The position numbers and the translations under genes are program-made. This document shows, in pieces, positions 55,025 to 64,000 of a DNA stretch of 64,000 nt (its first letter is position 1; each line of letters opens with the position of its first letter). Source of the DNA: Felis catus (lineage: Eukaryota); the NCBI RefSeq assembly GCF_018350175.1, contig NC_058368.1, forward strand, positions 89,654,001-89,718,000, read 5' to 3'. The notes under the pieces were generated by a model. That model worked only from the letters and a program-made list of their open reading frames with translations, searched no databases and was not told the DNA's origin.

Positions 55025-55880
55025 TGAGAGCCTATAGGGACCTTAGAGGCCCCACCAGGGCACATGGGGCAGGGGAGTAGAGACAGGAGCTGAAGAGCAG
55101 GGACCGTGGTGTTCCAACTAGAGCTTGTGTTTGGCCCCATGTCCTTGTCCAGTAGGTGGACACTGACTGACTCCACATGCTTGCCCTGCAGAGGTGGACC
55201 CTGAATGGTGCAGGGTGGTCACAGAAAAGTTTGTGTGTGCTGGGTGCAGTGTGTGTCTCATTGGTGGCACTCAGAGGCAGCCAGGCAGGCACTAATTTAG
55301 GGGTTTGTCCCCCGGAGGAGAAAGGAAGATGCTTGGAGAGGGAGCAGTGGGCGAGATGGGTCTAGGCTGTGATGGGCCACCCTGATAGCATAGCCACCAT
55401 GCAGAAAGCTTTTGCCCTTCATTCTCACTCACAGGTGAGTAGAGGGGGCTGGAGGGGAGAGTCCAGTGTGCCTTCTGGAAGCCCCCTCTGCAGGCCATGA
55501 GGAAAGGGGAGCAGAGGTGCTGAGGTGAAGGCAGAGGTCAGTCAGAAGGAGCTGTGGCCCTCAGGGCTCCCAGGTAGAGGCCACAAGAGGTTAGAGAGAC
55601 AGATGATGGGGAAGGCACATCAGGAGCTACAAGAGGAGTGGTCAGGGGTGATGCCAGGCATCCAGTGGCTACCCAGTGAGCAGATGAGGAGATGAGGTGG
55701 GGATGGTGAGGGGGTGCAGGGTCCCGGTTCCGCTAGAGGCTGGGTCTGGGGTCCAGAGGAGGAGGGGTTCCAAGTGCCCCCTAAGAGTGCTCAGGGGCAG
55801 GAAGGGGCCCAGACAGACCTGGGAGAAGAGCAGCAGGGCAAAAGACTTCAAGGAAGACACTGGGCACCTATAGGGTGTGA

Positions 55881-56222
<342 letters not shown>

Positions 56223-57073
56223 TAGCCCTTGTGAAGCAGGGGGGTGGGCGGCTCAGGCTTGTGCACCTGGAGCAAGCAGTCACTCTATGGCAAATGGCTT
56301 AAGAGCCCTCCACCTCTCCCCTCTGCCTCCAGCATGGGCCACCCTGGCACCAGCTCTCGCGGGTGGAGGGTGGTGTGCTCTGGTCTCTGCGAGCACAGAG
56401 CCTGTGTTTACTAGGCAGTCCCCGGGGTTACCGCAGGTCCCAGAGGAGAGGCCTCACAGGTCCCCCCAGATCGTCCCCTCCCTGGATGAGCCCCTTCCTC
56501 ACCTGTCACTGGGGATGCCGCTCCTGCCTTCAAGGGCTGGGGTGTGTCCTGGAGGAGACTGGGTGCTGACTCAAGGATTGTACCTACTTAGGAGAGTTCC
56601 ACATGGGTCCCTGGGTGGGCCCCCTGAGACCAAGATGAACCCCCCACACACACACTAGGGTGGAGCTGGGCAGTGAACAAATGGAGAAGTAAAAGAACTA
56701 AAGAGCAACTACTATGAATACTATTAACTAAAAATCCAAGGGCCTGGAGAACACAGGAGGACAGACAGGGGCTGTGTGTGAGCTGGAGGGGAGGGCCTGG
56801 CTGATGAAGGGGCTGGGGGAGGGCAGGCAGGCCTGGGAAGACAGCAGTCCAGGACTAGGGGACAACCAGGCCCATCATCCCGGAGTGTCGGACGGAGGTG
56901 GGCAGGGGATGAGGAAGGGGCGTCAGGAAATGCAGCAAGAGGTAGGAGAGGTGGTCCATGCCCTGCACGAGCTGACCACGGTGAGGACCTGGAATTTAAG
57001 TCTCATGGAAGCCATTCAGAGCTTTGAGCGAGGGAGAGAGCAGTCTGGGTTTTGTCTTAAAAGAATCACTCCT

Positions 57074-57242
57074 GGGGCACCTGCATGTCTCAGTCAGTAA
57101 AGCATCTGACTTTGGCTCAGATCATGATCTCACGATCCTTGAGTTCGAGCCTCTGCTACCAGCTCAGAGCCTGCTTCGGATCTTCTGTTGTCCTCTCTCT
57201 GCCCCTCCCCCACTCGCATGCAGGCACACATGCGCCTGCATG

Positions 57243-57273
<31 letters not shown>

Positions 57274-57535
57274 ATAAATGAAAAAAAAAGTTTAAAGGAT
57301 TGCCCTACTGGGGCTCCTGGGTGGCTCAGTGGGTTGAGCGTCCAACTTCAGCTAAAGTCATGATCTCACAGTTCGTGAGTTCAAGCCCCGTGTAGGGCTC
57401 TGTGTTGACAACTTGGAGCCTGGAGCCTGCTTTGGATTCTGTGTCTCCCTCTCCTTTGCCCCTCCCCCACTTGCACTCAGTCTCTCGCTCTCTCTCTCTC
57501 TCTCTCAAAAATAAATAAACATTAAAAAAATAAAA
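57074..57535 (+). mobile_element. Two head-to-tail CAN-SINEs in intron 24 (57074-57295 and 57309-57535)
   Basis: Two heads, two (CT)n tracts and two A tails. Confidence 0.9.
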
Positions 57536-57927
57536 AGGATCACCCTGCTGTTGTGTGGCTTGCCCTCAGGGGCAGAGGGAGACCAAGAGGCTCTTTAGGG
57601 CCATCTTTTCTGTGGTCAGGAGAGGCGAGGTACTGCAGGCAAAGCCACAGGATTTAGGAAGGGATTGCATTGGATGCCTGGGGAGGGTGTCTCTGAAGAG
57701 GGGTCACTGTGCCAAACCTGGCTTAATTGGCTCAGTGTGGCTTCCTGACCCTGGGGATCCCCGCAACCGTGTTTTCATCCATCATTCTTTTTTAACCTAA
57801 TGAAGAACTATAATAGGAGGACAGGAGTGCTGGCCAGCCCCCACCCCCACCCCAGGCCTGGAAGCAGCAGGATGAGCCCTCTGCCATAAAGGGCCAGGAC
57901 AAAGCCAATCTGAGGGGGCTGGACTGA

Positions 57928-58083
<156 letters not shown>

Positions 58084-58390
58084 TGAGTTTCCCCACTGAC
58101 TCTGCAGGTGTTGGGGGGTTGGTGGGGTTGGGGGTGTTGCATGCAAAAGGAGCAGAACTGGGGAGGTGGCGCAGGCCTGAGGCTGGGGTAGAGGCCTGCA
58201 GATGGAGTTCATTGCTCTACCCCTGATCCACCCACTGGCCCCTGGACAGCTCTCCCCCACCCGCCCCAGGCAGAAAAGACAGGGTAGGCAGTGAAGGTGT
58301 GAGGGGCCAAGGTTAGGGGAGCTGGGCAGTCTGCTGGTGGATGGTGCGGGTGCACTCAGACCACAGGCCAGCATCCAGCTTTACCCACAG

Positions 58391-58496
58391 ACGCGGCGTC
58401 ATGCTGAGCTGCTGGTCAGGAGACCCCAAAGAGAGACCTGCGTTCTCGGAGCTGGTGGAGATCCTGGGGGACCTGCTCCAGGGCAGGGGCCAACAG
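58391..58496 (+). CDS. FLT4: FLT4 exon 26
   Basis: [36 protein letters not shown]; 106 nt. Confidence 0.96.
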
Positions 58497-59005
58497 GTAA
58501 GTCTTCTCTGTCCACCCTGTCCTGCTGTAGCAACCTCTGACCCCCAACCCCAGGACCATCGGGCAGATGGTCAGAGCCCGTCTTTTGGCCATGCGGAGCC
58601 CTCGACTGGCCTTCAGGGGGTATGCAAGCCCTGCCCCCTGCACCCACATTTCACTTCTGTCTCCCTCCCACAATGTGCCTGGGGGTGCAGAGAGCAAAAC
58701 CAGCTCAAGCCCACCCTAGTGCTCTGGGGTCCAGAGGCGTGAGCAAGGGCTGTGCCCACAGTACCAACTGTGCCCCAAAGGAGGGGACCCTGGGTTGAGA
58801 TTGCCCGTGCTGTGTCTTCCTCCTTATAAGTGGGGCACCTGGGAAGGCTGTTGGGAGAATTCGCTAGGCAGGCTCACTTAAACCTCAGAGCACCTTGCTG
58901 CACAGAACTTCACCAGTCAGGAGCCCCAGCAGTCTTGAGCGCGAGGGTGGGGGCTGAGGGGACACAGTGATGTCTGACCCTGGTGGGCTCTGCCATTCCC
59001 ACCAG

Positions 59006-59151
59006 GAGGAGGAGGACTGCATGGCTCCCTGCAGCTCTCAGAGCTTGGAGGAAGGCAGTTTCTTGCAGGCATCCACCACAGCCCTGCACATCGCCGAGGC
59101 CGACACCGAGGACAGCCCGCCAAGCCTGCACCGGCACAGCCTGGCAGCCAG
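59006..59151 (+). CDS. FLT4: FLT4 exon 27
   Basis: [48 protein letters not shown]; 146 nt. Confidence 0.94.
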
Positions 59152-59293
59152 GTCAGCCACACTGCCTCAGGTCCAGGGATCCCCTGGGCAGGGAGAAAGC
59201 AGTTCCGACATGGTATATTTTATTCTCGTTAGTCCTCAAGAAAAAGCAAACTACAAGGACTTGAGAGACCAACTCAGAGAGCACAGTGATTTT

Positions 59294-59509
59294 ATTTTTA
59301 TAATTTTTTTTTAATGTTTGCTTGTTTATTTTGAGAGAGAAAGAGCGAAAAGAGGAGGGGCAGAGGAGAGAGGGAGACAGAATCCCAAGCAGGCTCTGCA
59401 CCGTCAGCCTGGAACCCAATGTGGGGCTTGATCCCACGACCTGTGAGATCATGACCTGAGCCAAAATCAAGAGTTGGATGCTTAACCAACTGAGCCACCC
59501 AGGCGCCCC
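59294..59509 (-). mobile_element. CAN-SINE in intron 27
   Basis: TSD aga(g/a)cacagtgatttt. Confidence 0.92.
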
Positions 59510-60407
59510 AAGAACACAGTGATTTTAAAAGACAGTACTGGGGGCTGTGGCTCCCTGGAGGGCCTGGTTAGCTTTGGGGCCCCTCCAAGGCCATATAGAC
59601 TGCCACTTTGCTTTTCTCTGCACCCCTTCAGTCCTTCTCTCTACCCTCCAGCCTCCTCTGCTTCTGGCACTCATAGCCCCTAAAGGCACTTCCCCTTAGT
59701 CTGAAATTTGGGGTCCTGGGAGCAGAGTAGGCCTGTCAGTAATCTGTATTCAGGATTCAGACGGTAGCCTAAGTTCCCAGAGTTCTGGATCAGATGTCTC
59801 TTGCCAATGGCTGTTTATACTCCAGGAAGGCTTTTTATGTTTCTCTGAAACCCACCACCCCCTGCGCCCCAGCATAGAGCAGGGTCAGGCCTGGGAGACA
59901 GGAACAGCCAGCTGGTGCCCACAAGGCTCCTTCCACCAGTCATCCCCACGCACACACGGACATGCACATGGGCACACATGTGTACACACACCCACACACA
60001 CAGGCCAGGTGGCAGCTTGCTGCACCAGACTGCTTGCCTTGCACAGAGAGGCCCGTTCTGGGGTGAAGGCCTCTCTACATCTCTCGCCAGCTCCATGCCA
60101 ACCACCCGCCTCTGCCCCCCGGGGCTGGGCGCTCTGCACTCACATCCTATGCCCTTCCCAGCAGTGGCCTCAGGAGGTTTTCTCCTCCTGCACACACAGG
60201 AGAGGAGACACCGCTCAGCATGGGGAGGGGGGCCGCACAGTAGATGGCTGCAGGGGGCACCCGAGGGAGACCCAGCCCAGCACCGCACCCAGGGCCCATA
60301 CTCTCATCCCAGGACTGGGTCCTCCTGGGGAGACATGGGGCAGATGGAGAGGTGGAGAGAGCTTTCTGGGGCACATTTCTTCAGCACTCCCTGCTTTCTC
60401 CCCACAG

Positions 60408-60528
60408 ATACTACAACTGTGTGTCCTTTCCTGGGTGCCTGGCCAGAGGGACTCAGACCCAGGGCTCCTCCAGGATGAAAACATTCGAAGAATTTCCCAT
60501 GACCCCAACAACCTACAAGGCCTCCGTG
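60408..60528 (+). CDS. FLT4: FLT4 exon 28
   Basis: [41 protein letters not shown]; contains the C-tail YY pair; 121 nt. Confidence 0.96.
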
Positions 60529-61639
60529 GTAAGTGGGGCCAGTGGGCCCGGGCACCCCAGATCAGGGTGGCTGGTCTCTGTCTGCTGGGAGAAGGTTCCG
60601 GGAACTCCTGAGGCTGGCAGGGGAAAGTCGCTGAGGAAAGGGTGCCGACTGTCCTTTGAAATGTCAAGTCCTCTATTGCACCTCAGGCATGTTGGGGTCT
60701 GTGTGCCTCTGCGATGCCACCATCCCGCAGCCGCTCCCCACTGTGCCCTCATCACTCACACAGGGTCTCCTTCCGCACAGCATAGAAACCCAGTGGAAAG
60801 ACAGCTTCTCCTCCCAGATGGTTATTATTGGATTAGCCTGAGTCAGGGCTTCCCTTTGGTGGCCCCCCAGCCATGTGGCCAGAGAGAAGGGGATGGTGTC
60901 TCCAGAGAAGGAGGCCTGGGAACAGGGCACAGGACATAGCTGTGTCCTCGGATTCAGTCAAGCAGAGTGGACCCACCATGCCACTAAGCCGGAGCCCGCG
61001 TGTCCACTTTGTAAAAGCACAAGCTCACCCTCTTAGCCTATTTCCAAGACACATAGCCAGGAACCTTCCCATTCCAGCCTCGCTCCGGATGGGCCTGGTC
61101 AGTGAGTGCTCATGTCGCCTGGGGCCAGGTGAAGATGTTGGAGGGGCCTCAGCTCTGAAGAGAGTGCTATTCCCCTCCATGCAATTCAAAACAAAAGTCA
61201 TGCCCCATCTAAGGGTGACAGAACCCCGCCAAATCTGGGATGTGTCTCCGTGAAGACCATTTTTATCCACTACGAGCTGCCAGATTCTTTCAATGTTCTC
61301 CCGGTTTCTCCTTGTGTTTCTGCTCTCCCTGCACCCTGAGCGCTTGCATGGCCACTCTGTAGGACCCCCCGGCATGCAGTATCCCGGCTTTGCCAACTCC
61401 TGAGTGCCGGCCAAGCACGGCCCCTCTGGGCTTCAGTTTCTCCCTCCATGGCAGGGACATGTGACCCTCCCCCGCATGCTCCAGTGAGGGGCGGACACCT
61501 GTTTTCTGCTCACTTTTCACAGGACAGGTGTTAGGTCTGCAGCAGTGCAGGTCTGTGCCATGCTGTTCTGACTGGGGGGCAGCTGCCTGCAGATGAGCTT
61601 CAGGGGGGCCTACAGCCTCGGCTTGTTCTCTGCACACAG

Positions 61640-61725
61640 GATAACCAAACGGACAGTGGGATGGTGCTAGCCTCCGAGGAGTTTGAGCAGCTGGAGAGCA
61701 GGTACAGACAAGAAAGCGGGCTCAG
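61640..61725 (+). CDS. FLT4: FLT4 exon 29
   Basis: [28 protein letters not shown]; 86 nt; donor gtaggg. Confidence 0.96.
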
Positions 61726-62329
61726 GTAGGGCTTCTGGAACCTCTTTCCCTGCAAAGGGCCAGGAAGGGAAGCTGGGCCTGGGTATGCCCATCACTGTCT
61801 TACCTGAAACCTTTCATGGTTGCCTATTGCCTTTTTGTGTGTTCAAAGCAAACTACTCTGCAACTCAAGGCCTTTGGCCACCAGTCCTCCCAAAATAGCC
61901 CCCACCCCCATCACCATCCTGGCTCAGCATACCTGGTGCTGGTCCCCTACACCTTCCTTCCATATGACGGATGCTCTTGCTGAATCGAGTATGAGCCACC
62001 ATGCCCACTGTACATACGCACCCGTAGCCAGGGGACTCCACCACCATCCCAGGACCCCAGTATTTAAGCTCAGTGGCAGCAGGAGACAGACAGATCATGT
62101 GACTTGGAGCTGGCTGCTGTCCTATTTTGATAAGAATACCGTTACAGAGAAATCCTTGTGTGCCTGCACAGAAAGTGACCCAGATAGATGACCTCCCTTT
62201 GTCCAAGGTGATAGCACCCTACCCACCCCCCCCAAAAAAAAACTTGAATGTTTAATCTTTTAAGAGTATAGATGAAATAGTTACATGTCTACCTATTCAT
62301 TCTCCTAGTTGACTTGTACATTACTGGGT

Positions 62330-62543
62330 TTATTTAAGTTCATTTATTTATTTTGAGAGAGACAGAGGCAGTGCAACTAGGGGAGGGACAGAGAGAGAGG
62401 GGGAGAGAGAGAGAATCCCAAGCAGGCTCCACGATACCAGCCCAGAGCCTGAGTCAGGGATCCAATTCATGAAATCAAGAGATTATGACCTGAACTGAAA
62501 CCAAGAGTCAGATGCTTAACCAACTGAGCCACCCAGGTGCCCT
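62330..62543 (-). mobile_element. CAN-SINE in intron 29
   Basis: Reverse head and (AG)n tract. Confidence 0.88.
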
Positions 62544-62613
62544 GTACATAGCTGTTTAAATGACAGGACTTGGGGGTGCCTACCTGGCTCAGTTGGTGGA
62601 GCGTGCAACTCTT

Positions 62614-63615
62614 TTTTTTTTTTTTTTAATTTGCATCCAAGTTAGTGAGCATACAGTGCAACAGTGATTTCAGGAGTAGATTCCTTAATGCCCCTTACTC
62701 ATTCAGCCCATCCCCCCTCCCACAACCCCTCCAGTAACCCTCTGGTTGTTCTCCATATTTAAAAGTCTCTTATGTTTTGTCCCCCTCCTTGTTTTTATAT
62801 TATTTTTGCTTCCCTTCCCCTGTGTTCATCAGTTTCGTATCTTCAAGTCCTCACATGAGTGAGGTCATATGATATTTGTCTTTCTCTGACTAATTTCACT
62901 TAGCATAACACCCTCCAATCCATGTAGTTGCAAATGGCAAGATTTCATTCTTTTTGATTGCCAAGTAATACTCCATTGTATATGTATACCACATCTTTAT
63001 CCATTCATCCATCGATGAACATTTTGGCTTTTTCCATACTTCGGCTATTGTTGATAGTGCTGCTAGAAACATTGGGGTGCATGTGCCCCTTCGAAACAGC
63101 ATACCCTTTGGATAAATACCTAGTAGTGCTATTGCTGAGTCGTAGGGTAGTTCTATTTTTAGTTTTTTGAGGAACCTCCATACTGTTTTCCATAGTGGCT
63201 GCACCAGTTTGCATTCCCACTAGCAGTGCAAAAGAGATCCTGTCTCTCCACATCCTCGCCAACATCTGTTGTTGCCTAAGTTGTTAATGTTAGCCATTCT
63301 GACAAGTGTAAGGTGGTATCTCATTGTGGTTTTGATTTGTATTTCCCTGATGATGAGTGATGTGGAGCCTTTTTTCATGTGTCTTCTTTGGAGAAGTGTC
63401 TGTTCATGTCTTTTGCCCATCTCTTCACTGGATTATTTGTTTTTTGGGTGTTGAGTTTGATAAGTTCTTTATAGATTTTGGATACTAACCCTTTATCTGA
63501 TATGTCGTTGCAAATATCTTCTCCCATTCCATTGGTTGCCTTTTCATTTTGCTGATTGTTTCCTTCGCTGTGCAAAAGCTTTTTATTTTAATGAGGTCCC
63601 AATAGTTCATTTTTT
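62614..63615 (-). mobile_element. 5'-truncated felid L1 inserted into an older SINE (62572-62613 and 63616-63700)
   Basis: Poly(T) at 62612; ORF2 C-terminal peptides; TSD ggagc(g/a)tgcaactctt. Confidence 0.93.
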
Positions 63616-64000
63616 GGAGCATGCAACTCTTGATCTTGGGGTTGCAAGTTCAAACCCCACATTGAAATGAACGAATGAACAAATGAATGAATGGATGAAT
63701 AGATGACAGGAACTACAATACTGTAAGACATTGCCCTTTTCCACTTTCTTCAGACCACTCACTTCTACCTTTGATGTCTGTGTCTGTCTCAGGAGTCCCT
63801 TTTTAGGTCATCTGACACAATTTTCCAGAACAAACCATGGCTTCTGTCTCTGCTGTTTTTTAATCACTAAATGAGGTTGTCACTGAATATTTTACACTAA
63901 ACCACAAGTACTTATTTGTATCACGTTAGGGTAGTTGATGCTATTGTTCACCTTTCTGGTAGGTGTATTTATGACATCTACAACTCAACCAACTATTAGA

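Noticed and set aside
61726..64000. FLT4 terminal exon 30
   Set aside because: No matching C-terminal coding sequence in the window; it lies downstream

Overview
Mammalian genomic DNA, almost certainly from a felid, judged by the many Felidae-type CAN-SINEs and felid-like L1 3' ends. Bases 1-25,000 are an AT-rich intergenic block made mostly of nested L1s, SINEs, a MaLR LTR and a Tigger-like remnant. From a CpG-island promoter at about 25.5-26.7 kb, the + strand carries FLT4 (VEGFR3). I traced coding exons 1-29 by hand (25869-61725); they splice into one open frame with 7 Ig domains, a TM helix and a split tyrosine kinase. The last coding exon (30) lies beyond the window. I see no evidence for a wholly new biological system. 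The best leads are gene-level. (1) A route to a soluble decoy VEGFR3: weak intron-15 donor, in-frame stop, and AATAAA in intron 16. (2) A GC/GT donor pair 9 nt apart at exon 1 that changes the signal peptide. (3) A NAGNAG acceptor next to the Ig5 cleavage site. (4) A built-in stop at the exon-29 donor that mimics the short VEGFR3 isoform. (5) FOX:ETS, SOX and RBPJ motif clusters. (6) Several DNA-repair and retrotransposition scars. Comparisons with human are from memory and were not run as searches.
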